64,000 nucleotides of DNA. Source: Lophium mytilinum (lineage: Eukaryota). The position numbers and the translations under genes were made by a program. Of this stretch, positions 45,918 through 58,516 are shown piece by piece. The first letter of the stretch is position 1, and each line of letters opens with the position of its first letter. The DNA is taken from contig MU004197.1 in the NCBI GenBank assembly GCA_010093605.1, positions 1,302,001 to 1,366,000 of the forward strand, given 5' to 3'. The notes under the pieces are model-generated. The model searched no databases and was not told the origin of the DNA. It was given only the letters and a program-made list of their open reading frames with translations.

Positions 45918-48371
45918 ATGCCACATCTTCGGGAGCCGAAGTCACAATTAAGGCTTGTCCCGAGGGCACTGCCGGGAGTGCGCCATCCTTTGGGCGGAGA
46001 GCCTCAGATGGTGGCAATTTCTCACCTCACGTACACGGAAATCATTGTAGCGTTGAAGGATGTTCTTATACTAGCGCCTCTAGGGAAGCTGTTCAAGCCG
46101 TCGACAATGTCTGGTTCTAAATTCCACGCTATCCGGAACTCATCGACCTGGGCGATGTACGAACTCAACCAGATTTCGGAAGAGGAATGTTACGCCATGC
46201 TCTGCGACCAACAATTCCCAGAACTGACCCCGGAGGCTATTCAAATAGCGGTCACCGAGTCGCTCAAGGATGTTCGCATCAACTACTCCCTCCTCGACGC
46301 GTTGCAGAATATCAAGGCCCAGTCGGAGGGGGAGAATATCCAGAATGGGAGGACTGGTAGGCTACGTGTTATCGGGGTGGCCAATATCTCTCTACCAGAG
46401 TGGACTGCCCTACGCTCGCGTCGGCATTGGAAGATCTTCTGGGATCTCTTCGACACGGTACTTACATCTTGGATGGTGGGTGCGCGGATGCCGGATCTAG
46501 CATTCTTTGAGCATGTGGAGACAGCCCTGCATCTGGACCCATCAACGGCTATATTCATAGCGCTAGAGTCGGAGCTTGTTCTAGCAGCGCGGGCCGGAGG
46601 GATGAAGGGCCTACACTTTGAGCACACAAAAGAGACAGTTAGACAGCTTCTGAACACGTTCGGTGAGCCGGTCCAACGGGGCAACGACTTTCTGATGCAC
46701 AACGCGAAGAAGATGATATCGGTAACTGAGGCGGGGGTTACCGCGTATGATAACTTCTCACAGCTTCTCATTGCCGACCTGACGGGTCGGGAAGATCTGA
46801 GTATGCTTACAGTCCGGGAATTATGCCGATCATTCCCTGAAGTCTGGGCTTTCCTCCAGCCTGGCACAGAATATCCCCTCGAGAGGCTGCCGGGGGATGT
46901 TGGTACTACAGTGCTTGCATTTCTGACGCTAAAGTTGACCGATGGAATTACGGAAGATGTCATGGAAGCCATCCTCTCCGACCTTACAGTGGACGGTCTT
47001 GCTGGAGCTCACATCCACTGCCCAGATTTCTACGGCAGTCATCCCTCCATCGCTGATCCAGTCACTTGCGTCAACGTCCTCCGTCTCTTCTACCGCCATG
47101 GCCGCGGATCTGAAGTCCACAAGACATTTGAGTATGTAATGTCTGTATTCTGGAACCGAGCCTACGTCGAGGGCACACCGCTTTTCCCGCACCCCGAAAT
47201 GTTCCTTTACTTCCTCACCCGCTTCATCGTTGAGAGCCCCGACAAGTACGAGCTCTACCGCCTGATTCCGAATATGGAGAAGCGACTCCAGGAGTTCATC
47301 GGATGGCCTAAGGATGCGCTAGGACTCGCGTTAAAGGCATTGTCTCTCGAGATGCTCAAGATCGACAGCCGCATCTATACCGCCGCTATCAAAAAGAAGC
47401 AATGCGAAGACGGCGGATGGGACGCAGATATATTCTGTACCTACGGTACGGACCGGGTCAGACTCGGTAACCGTGGTGTTGCAACCGCTTTTGCTGTCAA
47501 GGCACTCGGTGGGTGCATGCCACGAGAGCCCGAAAAGACACAGTTCCTCCAAATCGACAACCTGAATGATAGGAAGTTGCTAGAAGAGCTCGAAGAGGAA
47601 ATACGAGGTTTCGAGGTCATGGAGGAGAGTATCGCAGAGTTCGCCGTTTCCGGAGATATTCGTCTAGCGGTCCTCGTAAACGAGAACGCCTACGAATCCG
47701 GCCTACAATTGGAAAATGACATCCGAGCCTTCGTTTACCCATACCACGCAGCCTATTATCACTTCGTATGGGGTCAGGTTGCGCGCTTGCGAAAGGTGTT
47801 CTGGCATATGATCGCACAGCTAAAGCATCTATTTGACTTGGCAATGCTCACTTTCTTCGACGCTGTCGATGCTGGAAACCAAGCTATCCGGTATGTCGCG
47901 CTCCACGATTGGATGATCTTTCTCGTCTTGGGCCCCGTTGTCTCCGTTTGCCTACTGGGAGAGAATCTCGATATCACGTACGCATTCGGTACCGTCTTAG
48001 CCGCTGCGCTCTACGCCGACCTTATGGTGGCGCTTTGCCTCTACAGGCCCGATGGACTTTTTGCAGGGGCGGGGCACGGCCCGATAGCGCGCTGTGTTGG
48101 ACAGGCATTCGACAAAGAGACGTATACGGTGCCCTTCCTGGCAATCTGTGGTTCGCTAGCGCGAGTTAGCGACCGTACGCGTGGCTACTTCTTCGCGAAG
48201 GTTCAGAACGTAGGCGAGGGCATCAAGAGCGTTGGGGAAAAGGTGGTGGCACTGACGCCTCCACGTGTGTATAATGCTTTGGAGGAAGATGAGGAAGGAG
48301 AGGATCGCATGGTGCGGAATCTTGAGCAGGAGTTTCTCGCTGTGAAGGAGCGAGAGGGTAGTAACAATTGA
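45918..48371 (+). CDS. HAD-like plus class II terpene cyclase protein (drimenol synthase/AstC-type) with degenerate motifs and a hydrophobic C-terminal extension
   Basis: DNFSQLLI, PGDVGTT (DxDTT position), DPVTCVNVLRLFY, RAYVEGT, QCEDGGW (QW motif), GNRGVATAFAV; N-terminal HAD-like region. Confidence 0.78.
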   Translation: MPHLREPKSQLRLVPRALPGVRHPLGGEPQMVAISHLTYTEIIVALKDVLILAPLGKLFKPSTMSGSKFHAIRNSSTWAMYELNQISEEECYAMLCDQQFPELTPEAIQIAVTESLKDVRINYSLLDALQNIKAQSEGENIQNGRTGRLRVIGVANISLPEWTALRSRRHWKIFWDLFDTVLTSWMVGARMPDLAFFEHVETALHLDPSTAIFIALESELVLAARAGGMKGLHFEHTKETVRQLLNTFGEPVQRGNDFLMHNAKKMISVTEAGVTAYDNFSQLLIADLTGREDLSMLTVRELCRSFPEVWAFLQPGTEYPLERLPGDVGTTVLAFLTLKLTDGITEDVMEAILSDLTVDGLAGAHIHCPDFYGSHPSIADPVTCVNVLRLFYRHGRGSEVHKTFEYVMSVFWNRAYVEGTPLFPHPEMFLYFLTRFIVESPDKYELYRLIPNMEKRLQEFIGWPKDALGLALKALSLEMLKIDSRIYTAAIKKKQCEDGGWDADIFCTYGTDRVRLGNRGVATAFAVKALGGCMPREPEKTQFLQIDNLNDRKLLEELEEEIRGFEVMEESIAEFAVSGDIRLAVLVNENAYESGLQLENDIRAFVYPYHAAYYHFVWGQVARLRKVFWHMIAQLKHLFDLAMLTFFDAVDAGNQAIRYVALHDWMIFLVLGPVVSVCLLGENLDITYAFGTVLAAALYADLMVALCLYRPDGLFAGAGHGPIARCVGQAFDKETYTVPFLAICGSLARVSDRTRGYFFAKVQNVGEGIKSVGEKVVALTPPRVYNALEEDEEGEDRMVRNLEQEFLAVKEREGSNN

Positions 48372-48871
48372 TGGAAGTAGTGGCTGTTTGGTGGATTACA
48401 GTGCCTGTCCGGGGTAAGTTTCGTGTAACCTTACATTGAAGGATAGGCAATAAGGCGTCTATAGGATAGGGATGCCTGGATGGGGCTTTGAACAATGATA
48501 ATGGTAATGAGCTTCAATTCGATTCAACTTGCAAATGTCATTTCGAGTATTTTGATTGCTAATTGAGGACCTTAAATGGAGCTATATGCTCGTGACGAGT
48601 GGGAATATAGGGAGCTCGGCGTGAGCATCGTTTCCTTGACTCCTGAATAGTGTGACTCTTGTATTGCGTCGGACAATTTTGCGTCTTCAAGACGGCGCTG
48701 CCTGCTCCCACAACGTCACAACGCAGAGAGTAAACTTTGTTATATAACAATGCAATCGCTTTTATCTACTAACCTTAGCATTGACAGTGCACAATGATAG
48801 CAAAATTCCCAAACTCGAAGCTTACATATTGAGCAGAGACATCCACTATTTTCAACCCCCCAATCGTAGGT

Positions 48872-49780
48872 ATGGCTCCACGCAAGCTTCTAGGGACACG
48901 TCCCAAACCTACAGTCACAGCTCCAGTCAAGTTACTAGAAGCTGAGGCCAACAAGAACTCCTTCTACCTCCACCAGTGGCCCTACAAGTCCACACTCTGG
49001 CGGGCCCGATGGGATACCTCTCCAAGCGTTGCTCTCAATGCTGATATGCATATAATAGTAGAAAAGCCCAACCCCGATGGCCCACGACAACCCACCATCT
49101 CTGTGATCTTCTCCACCAAGACCAAGCAAGGAGACCTTGAGATCGCCTACAAAGAAGAGCCTGCCCAGAAGCCTGTGTTCGAGCTTGATCCGGACAAGCA
49201 AACTCCGGCATACATCCGCGCTTTCAACGATGCCCATATGGAACCCTCCACTCTTGCTTTCGCCACCATTTGGAACGACTGCGGCACGGATGCCGAGAGC
49301 TTCGGCTATCGTGCTGACGGCCATCACCAGGGCGGGTGCGATTCATATTGGATCCGGCTCCAGCTCTACAAGATCCTCGATCAGCTAGTCACCAAAGCCC
49401 TCCAATATGGTGGAGATGAAGCCACTATACTTAAGGCCTTCACTTGGGAGATGTGGCCGCAGTGGCGGATTGAGGACGAGGGCTGCGGGAGTGTTGGTGC
49501 CGCGCTATATGTCAAAAACAACGGGGAGCCGAAAGACATGTTCTACGGATCATGGGAAGATGGGCGGGGAGCTCGCATGGGCGAGCGGGACGAAGCGGTC
49601 ATGTTGAGACACCCACCTGAAGAGCCACTGGTTCGAGAAAAGGGGAAGCCGTTCATGCGCCCTGGTAAACATGCCCTTCCGTCTGTGATGTCTGATGGTG
49701 CAGTCAAAAAGACTAAGAAGCGCCCTAAGACAACTCAGACGCCCGCATGGCTTGCTGAGATTCAGGGATTGAACAAATAG
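48872..49780 (+). CDS. Hypothetical protein, 302 aa
   Basis: Clean ORF with a good start context; a degenerate paralog lies immediately downstream. Confidence 0.72.
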   Translation: MAPRKLLGTRPKPTVTAPVKLLEAEANKNSFYLHQWPYKSTLWRARWDTSPSVALNADMHIIVEKPNPDGPRQPTISVIFSTKTKQGDLEIAYKEEPAQKPVFELDPDKQTPAYIRAFNDAHMEPSTLAFATIWNDCGTDAESFGYRADGHHQGGCDSYWIRLQLYKILDQLVTKALQYGGDEATILKAFTWEMWPQWRIEDEGCGSVGAALYVKNNGEPKDMFYGSWEDGRGARMGERDEAVMLRHPPEEPLVREKGKPFMRPGKHALPSVMSDGAVKKTKKRPKTTQTPAWLAEIQGLNK

Positions 49781-50229
49781 ATCTGATGCCCAATACGGAC
49801 GTTTCGAAACTCGGACGCCGCAAACTAGCTTCTACTGAATGAATACCTCTTACAAGACGACTAAGTGCCAGTGCGAGTGATCCATGGTGATGATCTCTTC
49901 CAGAAATCTGACTTTATTACCTGTTGCCGTATTGTTCACTGACTTACCTCATGCGCTGTAGGTACACACGTAGGCGTTGTATTCAGTACTCAAACGCGCT
50001 TGTTCATGGCTAGTTTACCACACGCCGCTATCTGAATGCACCACGAAAGATTTTCTGAGGAAACCTCCTGCAAGCCCGGTACAATGTAAAGTGCATTGTG
50101 TATAGACATGAATGAAAGAACTCTATATAACTATGAGCTATGCTACACCTACACCTAAATCCCCACACGTCTTTTCCAGTTGAGGTTTGAAAAATTCACT
50201 CTCGCAACTCAAGTAAAACAGAACTAAAC

Positions 50230-50990
50230 ACAACGGGAGTCATCCCAGCAGAAGCTCTCGAAACGCCTAACATGGTCTCGACGACTACATACCTTTATCC
50301 TTCTTCTTCCGCAATAGGTTTCCTCTCCTCAGACAACGACCATACAGATGTGGAATTCTTGATATACGGTTGATATTCGGATGTCGTGCACGTGATGTAT
50401 AGATCTACTGTAGGAACGCCTTCCTACATAGATCTAGTGTAATTGAGGCCTGCACGGGCCTCTCCAACGTGTATATAGACTAGTTAGATTCCTACATAGA
50501 ATCGACATCTATTGTCCTCCAAATTCTTACATCACGTGATCGGAAATATCACACAGAATCCTATCTCGACGCCTTCTTCTGCGCAAAAGGTAACCCTCCC
50601 GCCCTCGCCGACCTCTGGATCGCCTGCGGCGCCGAAGCAGAAGCTCTCGGCTACCGCCCGGATGGCAACCATAAAGAAAGCGTAGATGCCGTATTCTTGC
50701 GACTCCAGCTAGTTCGAATCCTAGACCAGTTGGTCGAAGCAGCAATGCAGGCGGGTAAGGACGACAATTGGATCCAAGAGAGTTTTGCTTGGGAGATGTT
50801 CTCACGCAGCCGTATTGATGAGTACAATCGTGGATGCGTGGCTTCGGCTATCTATGAGAGGACTTATGGGAGGCCGGAGTATGGACGCTTTGGGCCCTCA
50901 GAGCTACCGTCACAAGAGGTGAGAGCCTGGAGCACAGTGTGCCTAGATAAGCGGAGTCACTCTTTTTGTGATGGCGAGCCTGGCCTTTAA
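50230..50990 (+). pseudogene. Degenerate tandem paralog of 48872-49780
   Basis: AEALGYRPDGNH...RLQLVRILDQLV...FAWEMF versus AESFGYRADGHH...RLQLYKILDQLV...FTWEMW; the open frame 50484-50990 has no upstream ATG and the 5' part contains stops. Confidence 0.7.
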
Positions 50991-51845
50991 GGGGCTGAGG
51001 TCTGCGAGGCTGAAGGGGTTGTTCGATTCCCTGAAAGAGTCTAGCACTGTCTTATAGGGGACTCTTGTGAAGCTTGATTGATGCTTTGTGATGCTGGTAT
51101 CGAAATTCGAATTCGCATTGCAACAATTATTTTTGACTGGAATGCGTGATACCTGAGCCCAGCGTCTTCGATGTCAGCTGTATGAACTCCATAGAATGGA
51201 ACTCTTTCCTTAGAACAAATGAGTACCAAACGGGTGACATATGACTAGAACTGAAATGCCACAGACGATGTCTAGACAAACTTGCGATGCTCCCGTCTTC
51301 AAGCCATAGTTCTCTTGTCCCAGACTTTTGTTTCAAGATCCAATGATAATGCCTTTCGCGTGAAGCTCCTATTGCTCCCGTCTTCCTCAGTTACCTCCTT
51401 TAGTAGCACCCAGCGACCTATTAACCTGCCCATCCGTGTGTCCAGTTTGATTCGTCTCATTCTTGAATCTCGACTATCCACTATACGGAAAGCTTTTGTC
51501 AGTATTTTCAAAATTCGAATCATGACTGAGAAAGAACTGCGTATAAGCATCAGTGATGATCACGACGTAAAGGCGAATACGCTCTATATCAGCCTCCCGT
51601 CACATATATCGCCCAATCGACTTCGCTTTCTACGCCTTGCAAACCTAGAACTATGGCCCATAGATCTACGCACATAGTCAACACAAGAATCTACCTCACA
51701 CCAACAGCACGTTAAGTAGCTTCGCATCCCAAGAGGAAAGTTCTGTATTGGAGTTCTGCGCATGTAGTAACCACAGCATATTACCCATCACCCATTTCAA
51801 AGAAACCCCCGTGAACATACCACTCCGCACCCCCACTTCAAGTGC

Positions 51846-52460
51846 TCAAGAAGCAAGATGTTCCACATTCAAATCCCCCCCCTTCAGCACCCACCAATGC
51901 ACCGGCAACAACACCAACGGCACCACCACCGCGACCCCCAGAAACGCCAGCAACCACGCACAAAACTTCACCGGCCCCACCGCCTCCCCGTACTCCCGCG
52001 ACCGCCGATCAGCCATCATATCCTCCCGCGTCATCCCCAGCGCAGCCGCGACGAGATCCAGGTTCTTCTCGCAGATACCGATGGCGTCGATGAGCTCGAG
52101 CAGGCGGGTCGTTTGGTAGGCCGAGTCGGTGTGCTCGCGCGCGAAGCCGACTTTGCGGTACTTGAGGCCGTTGTATTCGAGGATGAGGTCGCGGGCATCG
52201 CTCCACAGGTCGCGGGGGGTGTCGGAGAGGGAGACGTTGACCATGGAGGGGATGGAGAGGCGGTTTTCGGTGTAGCTGGGTGGGGCGTGTTTGGAGGAGT
52301 CGTTGGAGAGGCGTTTTTCGGAGTAGGTTGACGAGGCGTGCTTGAGCTCGTCCTCGGAGAGGAACTCGCTGTAGATGCTGGTGTAGCTGTCGGTGGATTT
52401 GGAGGATATGGGGCGAGGGAATGGTCGCCGATTCGAGTTGGGGTTGGTGGGAGAAGCCAT
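51846..52460 (-). CDS. Hypothetical protein with a C-terminal TM helix
   Basis: MASPTNPN start; Ser-rich N-terminus; FCAWLLAFLGVAVVVPLVLLPV. Confidence 0.65.
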   Translation of the reverse strand: MASPTNPNSNRRPFPRPISSKSTDSYTSIYSEFLSEDELKHASSTYSEKRLSNDSSKHAPPSYTENRLSIPSMVNVSLSDTPRDLWSDARDLILEYNGLKYRKVGFAREHTDSAYQTTRLLELIDAIGICEKNLDLVAAALGMTREDMMADRRSREYGEAVGPVKFCAWLLAFLGVAVVVPLVLLPVHWWVLKGGDLNVEHLAS

Positions 52461-52794
52461 GGTGGAGTCGAGGTTGCTGGTCGTGGAGATGGTCGTGGTG
52501 GCCTTTACGTTTGGTGATCGCGCGAATAAGGGTTTTGAATCTCCTGGACTTCGTTCTGGAGGATGGATGATTGGGAGACCAGGAATGGGAAATGACCGCA
52601 GGTGAAGTGTGGGTGTGGTAGATGTGAAGATGTGTTGTGCAATTGAGCATGAATCGGCTGACCTAGTCACATGACCTCAACGACGCAGGCACCGGTTGTG
52701 ATACTTTGCCGCATTGTTCAGAAGAACTTCACTTCGCCATCAGAGCGCTCCGCACTGATACGTCGTTGGCCCGACCCGGGTTCTACAAGCGTCA

Positions 52795-55700
52795 TCAGAT
52801 TTCGAAAGGATCATAATTGAATGACCACATATCTCCGAGCGTCCAGTCATCCATCAAGTCAAAGCCATCTAACAGCCCAGGAACGGGATCCTGCTGCGGG
52901 TGGAACGGAGTCATTGCGGCAATAGGGACATTCAGCGGCGGCCTCGAGACGTTGTCTTGCATTGCAAGGACCTTGTAATAGAGCTTTGATACCCGATCTG
53001 TGGCTTGCAGCTCATAGGTGCTCGCTTGCTCGGGGTTGGTGCGAATTTGTACAAGGCTGAATGCTGCACTGACGAACCAGAACATATGAAAGCCGCGACC
53101 GGGGCGCATGGCGCGTTCTTCGAGGATGCGGAATGATTTGTCCATCGCTTCAACGAAGAGAGTCGTCAAAGTGCGAGAGAAAGTATTGACTGGACACGTT
53201 AGCATACATTTCTGGACAGCTTAGGTTGGCTCGCAACGGTATAATATTGGCGCTCGTCTAACCACTCATACGGCGCGGTAGAATTCATTGCACAGCGGCC
53301 TGACTCGAAAGGACTCAAGGTTGACGACTCCAAGGAAAGTGAATCCCCTGCACCACTGACTCTTCGGCGACACTGCCAGAAAGAACATGATAGACACCTT
53401 ACACAAGTGGAAAAAGCTGGCCACTAGCGCGATTGAGGTCATTCTACACAGGAAGAATGACGAGTACGCTCAAAGAGGCAACGGAAAAGCTAGAACTCAC
53501 CCGGTCCGAAACTGTCCTTGAATGACATCTGGCAAAGCAGAAGACTCGCACGCACATGATCCTGTCGCATCAAACACAACGCAAAGTTTCTGCGATCGAC
53601 AAGTCGCATATGTCCTTCCAGCATCGCGACGCACGCGTCCAAGCAAACAGTGCGCGAGTATCGATTTCGAGAGTACGCCTCGGGGTCCTGCTGTACGAAT
53701 GAGCTGTAGAGCATCGTTAGGAACTGTCTGAGCTGAACGTCGAGCAGCGTGCGTGCTTGGAGAGCGCGTGGTTCCTCCCATTTTGGAATGGTTCCTAAGG
53801 CATCCGTAATTCGTTGTTCGTGTTGCAGCAGCTCCTCGAAACTGGCCCGACAGTCTTGATCCTGGACGACAGAGGAGAGCTTCACTCTTGATAGCAATGT
53901 CCGAGATGAGAGATAGAGGTAGGAGGCATCTGTGAACTCGTCTTGAGGCCTTGACTGCGGAAGCGCTGCATCGTTCTCGCTGAGGTCTTGATCGTTGATG
54001 TTTGATGGGGGTGGGCAATCGTAAAGAACGGCAGATAGCATAGAAGCCGTACCCCGATCAAGTGACGCTTGTAGTTCTAGCTCCATAGTAGTGGCCCACA
54101 TCCGCCGTCGCATCTCAGCTTCGAACGGTGTGCATCGACCAACCAAGAGACTCGGGTTTCGGTGCATTCCCGCGGACTTCATGTAGATTAGGAGACCTTC
54201 TACTTGCACGTAGCACTCCTTCGTCTTCAGGCAATTGACCGACGCTGCTATGACTCGTAAAATACGAATCTGGTACGTCGCAAGCGTTCGGTGCTTGTTG
54301 CTTTGGGCCCTGATCCACGCATCGCAGGCAAAGATCCATGTCGTTGCTTGTTCGCGACACATTGAGCCATTAGGCGTAAAGCGTATGGGTTCTTCTGGCG
54401 ACGCGCAAAGAACGCATGCCATAAGCAAGAGTAGTAAGGCAAGAAATTCCGACTTGATGCTGGGGCTCTTGGGGTCATCCCAAAATGCAGCATATTGGGC
54501 CCAGAAAGTGGGTGCGTGCAGAATACGAAAGGTTGTTTCGAATGTGTCAAAGTAGGTTTTACAAAGAATGTCTGTTTTAGGGCGTGATGGCATCAATTCG
54601 AGCAACTTGGCGCAGGGAGGGGTACTCCACGCGGAGGGGTCCTGGCGAACCAGAGTCCCTAGGGCCCTGCACTCGTGCTGAAGGCGCTGGAGCGTGGAGT
54701 TTGGATATATATCTTTCATGAAGATCCTCACTTCAGGAAACTGTCATGGAAGTCAGCTGTTTTGAACACTCGGGGTAAAGTGATTGCCCGCCTCGGCCAT
54801 GGGCAGATCAATGTGTATAGATAACGAATGTAAGAATTGCAACAGATCCTCTCAACCCTTCGAGGCGCCACAAGAAAAATTTGATATTGTTTGCACAGGT
54901 TGAAACTCACATGAGTAAGGATACTGAGAGGGCTACTGGATCCGTAGAATTGCGTCTTATAGCCGCGACCCTTGAAGAAACCGTCGTCTAACGACTTTGT
55001 TGCTTGGAATTTCTGTTCATACTCGTCGACTGGGTAGGAGCGATCTAGGCCGAGTGATCCGTCGTTGACGGGCAATCGACTTTCCAGGGCCGCAAGACGT
55101 GCTTCTAATTCATATGTTCTTTCGCCTTTTCCCCCGGAATAGTCATCTTGTTTATCCTCGGAGAAACCTAGTTCCACCGGTTTTCCACGAATCGGTGCGG
55201 TGCCACTCTTTTTGGTTGGTCGCGCACTCTCGGGGTTCTATAGAACGTGGTTAGTAAAATTCTTAGACACCGCTTGGTCATAAGTGCATCCAAGCTGAGC
55301 TTTTACAATCTAGGGCTTCAGACTTTACGATTACTTTTGCGTAAGCGATGGGACGTCTTTGAAGAGGCCTTGTGGGGAAACGGCTGTTCAATTCGACATG
55401 GCTCAGAGCAATGAAGGTTTGACGTGGTGCTCAAATGTACAGAGATCCACACCCGCCATTAACACTCTCTTTGCTATAGCATAAGGTTGCCCTGAGACGA
55501 ACTTGCCCAATTGGCGCGAAGCCTTCGAGCCACCTCACATGGCGGCAAGAACAGCGTATCATATGAAACAGTACTCACAGTTTCCCGTTCATCTACGTCT
55601 TCACCAGACTCTCGCGCCTCTCCATCAACATGAGATATCTCATGCCAATTATAAGCGCAAGTCCCCGCAATGCCCCCTTTGATACAGCGGTCACATGGTT

Positions 55701-55848
55701 GTTCTCTATCACACTTTAACTTGCGCCGCCTGCAGGTGTTGCATGACACCACTGCTCGCCGCTTGCGCTTCCGCTTTTGCTTCATATCCGAGTCTTCGGA
55801 ACCAAAGCGTGCATCGATGAACGGTGCCGTTACTACAGCATTGTCCAT
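52795..55848 (-). CDS. Zn(II)2Cys6 transcription factor with a fungal-specific TF domain, multi-exon
   Basis: CNTCRRRKLKCDREQPCDRCIKGGIAGTC; YFDTFETTFRILHAPTF; GMHRNP; EAEMRRRMWAT. Confidence 0.92.
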
Positions 55849-56089
55849 TGTCGTCGGTGCCTGCTAAGAACAGAAGGAGGTAAGAAATTTATCAAAAGAT
55901 CAGATTAGATTTCGATGCGTTGTCCGAGAAGGAGAAATATAGAGCATGAAGGAGAATATGACTTGAGCGAGCTCGGAGAGCGGAGATAATGAAGTTGCGG
56001 AAGGCCCGTGTGTTTTGATATCTAATTGGCTGTGGCCCCTGCAAAATGCCACACTACGCTCTGTGGAGATTAGCGGACCTTGATCCTTC

Positions 56090-56120
56090 TCGGATACTCC
56101 GACCGCGTCGGACTTTCCGA
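56090..56120. promoter_or_regulatory. Two palindromic TCGGA-N3-TCCGA (CGG-N5-CCG) sites, candidate Zn2Cys6 binding sites
   Basis: tcggatactccga (56090-56102) and tcggactttccga (56108-56120) in the divergent TF/MFS intergenic region. Confidence 0.55.
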
Positions 56121-56718
56121 TATCAGCGCGAGGACCGAGTTCTGATATGGTAGCTCATGAAAGACCGTCGCTTCAATTGTGGAGATTGCATGACTAGATG
56201 TCTGTAGCGGCTCAACGATGCACAGGTTCCTGGGTTTGGCCAAAGCCTTAGTCTTGAATGACGTACAATTATTCTACCGAAAGTTTGTTGAAGCACCTTC
56301 GACAGTAGTAGAGAAGTGTACCTGCACTCACGAGCCGCGTTGCGAGTTAGCCATATCCGAGCATCTAAAAACTGTCACAAAACAACTCTCAGACGTCATC
56401 TTCATATTTCCGACTCTGGTGCTGTAGTCAAAAATCAGGCAGCACTTCTAAGAAGAACGGTATTCCAACTTAGCGACCATCCTTCGCGAAATGGGGAACC
56501 CTGGAAGACGTGACTCACCGCCAGCCATATGTACTAAACAGTATCAGGCAGGTCAGAAAGATCTGATAAAATTAAGATCTGATAACAAATCCATTTTTGC
56601 AGGTACTCCGAGCTGTAGGTAGTCCGAGGGGTTTTCGCATTTGGCTATATAGTCTTGGAGAAGCTCCAAGAGGGCAGTGATATTGCTACCCTTATATGGA
56701 TGTCGATTCTGTAGTATC

Positions 56719-58516
56719 ATGACGATCGAAACTGTTGACGAGGAGAAAGCGGTTGGGGGTTCTGTCCACGTGACTGATGAAGAACGCGGAGGAGAGAAAA
56801 GCGGAAACCTTGTTAGCACGACTCCAGGTCTCGATCCCGTTGACCCATTACTCGTACGTCATACCGTTCTCGTTCTTCTCTGTCATGTTTCATATAATTC
56901 CTGCACTGAACTCCAACTGCATCTTCTGTTCCAAAACCCCTTCGCATCCACTAAGTTTCCTCTAGACCACACTTTATATACCTTCTTCAATTTCCATATC
57001 TTCCCCTAATCCAGTTCTCTTCTTCTCTCGGGTCCCCATTCGCCATCAATACTTCTCTCTATCCTAACCTCGTCCCCAGGTCACATGGGACTCTCCAACG
57101 GACCCCTCAAACCCCCTGAACTGGCCTCGCGTTCGCAAATGGAGCATCCTCCTCATCACATCATTGGGCGGCCTTGTGACTCTCATGTCCGGTGCCATGC
57201 TCGCGCCAGCTCTGAAGTCAATTGGCGCAGACCTCCACATGGAGAGCGCCGAAACTGAGGTCGCACTGTCTATCTTCGTTCTTGCCTTCGCACCCGGCCC
57301 GCTCGTACTAGGCCCCTGCTCCGAAGTGTTCGGTCGGCGCTGGGTGTGGGTGCTCTCTGGATCGTGGTATATTCTGTGGAACACTGTCTGTGGGTTTGCA
57401 AACACCAAGGGATTGATGATTGCTGGGAGGTTCCTGGCGGGCTTGGGGGCGAGTGCTGAGTTTGCAGTATGTTATGAACCCCCTTTTTTCGATTTGGGCG
57501 ACTGCTGACTCGTGATTTAGCTTTCCACTCCTATTTCGAGCGACTGCTTTCGCCCCGAAGAACGCGGAATGTCAATGGCCATAAAACAGTTCATACCGCT
57601 CCTTGGCCCTGCCATCGGTCCGATTATAGGCGGCGTGATCACAGATTCCATCAACTGGCGCTGGCTCTTCTGGGTGCTCTCGATCTTCGACATCTTCGTC
57701 GTCTTCACCGTCTTCATCTTCTTCCCCGAGACCCACCACCCCACGATCCTCGCTCGAAAAGCCGCCTCCCTCCGCAAAACCACCGGCCTCAAGTACTACT
57801 CCGCCACCGAAATCGGCAGCCCAACCCTGGCCCAGCGCTTGAAAGTAGGCCTTTCCCGCCCCTTCCGCCTCCTAGTAACCCAGCCAATCCTCCAACTCAT
57901 GTCCGTCTTCCTCGCCTACAACTTCGGCATCCTATACATCATGCTCTCGACCTTCGCGACTCTATGGATCGACCACTACCACCAATCAACCGGCACGAGC
58001 GGCCTCCACTACATCGCCATCGCCATCGGCTACAGCATCGCCGTCATAATAGGCGGCCCCGCCCAAGACCGCCTGTGGAAACACTTCACGAAAAAGAACG
58101 CCGGTGCCACCGCACCGGAATACCGCGTGCCGCTCATCCTCCCGGGCGTCTTGCTCATCCCCATCGGACTCTTCTGGTATGGCTGGTCCGCTGAAAAGCA
58201 CTTGCACTGGGCGATGGTGGACGTCGGCGCCGGGATCCTGGGATGCGGGTATATCCTTAGTGGGGTCGCGGCCCAGTCGTATATCGTGGAGGCGTTTTTG
58301 CAGTATAATGCTTCGGCGGCGGCGGCGAGCCAGGTGCTGCGGAATATATTTGCGTTTGCGTTTCCGATTTTTTCGCCGAGGATGTATCAGGTGTTGGGGT
58401 ATGGGTGGGGAAATAGCTTGCTTGCTTTCCTGTTCCTGGCGATTGGGGTGCCGGCGCCAATCATACTTTGGAGGTATGGAGCTAGGCTGAGGGAGAGGGG
58501 GAAGCCGCAGCGATGA
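56719..58516 (+). CDS. MFS drug:H+ antiporter (DHA1 family), about 3 exons
   Basis: WDSPTDPSNPLNWP; GPCSEVFGRRWV; GRFLAGLG; GPAIGPIIGG; FPET; PEYRVP. Confidence 0.93.

Noticed and set aside
8586..48371. Possible terpene gene cluster linking the Ldi-like gene, the SDR and the terpene cyclase
   Set aside because: The genes are spread over about 40 kb, separated by unrelated and housekeeping genes, and no P450 or prenyltransferase is present
51041..51677. Stop-interrupted minus-strand frame that looks protein-like
   Set aside because: Cannot be assigned to any family; evidence too weak to call a pseudogene
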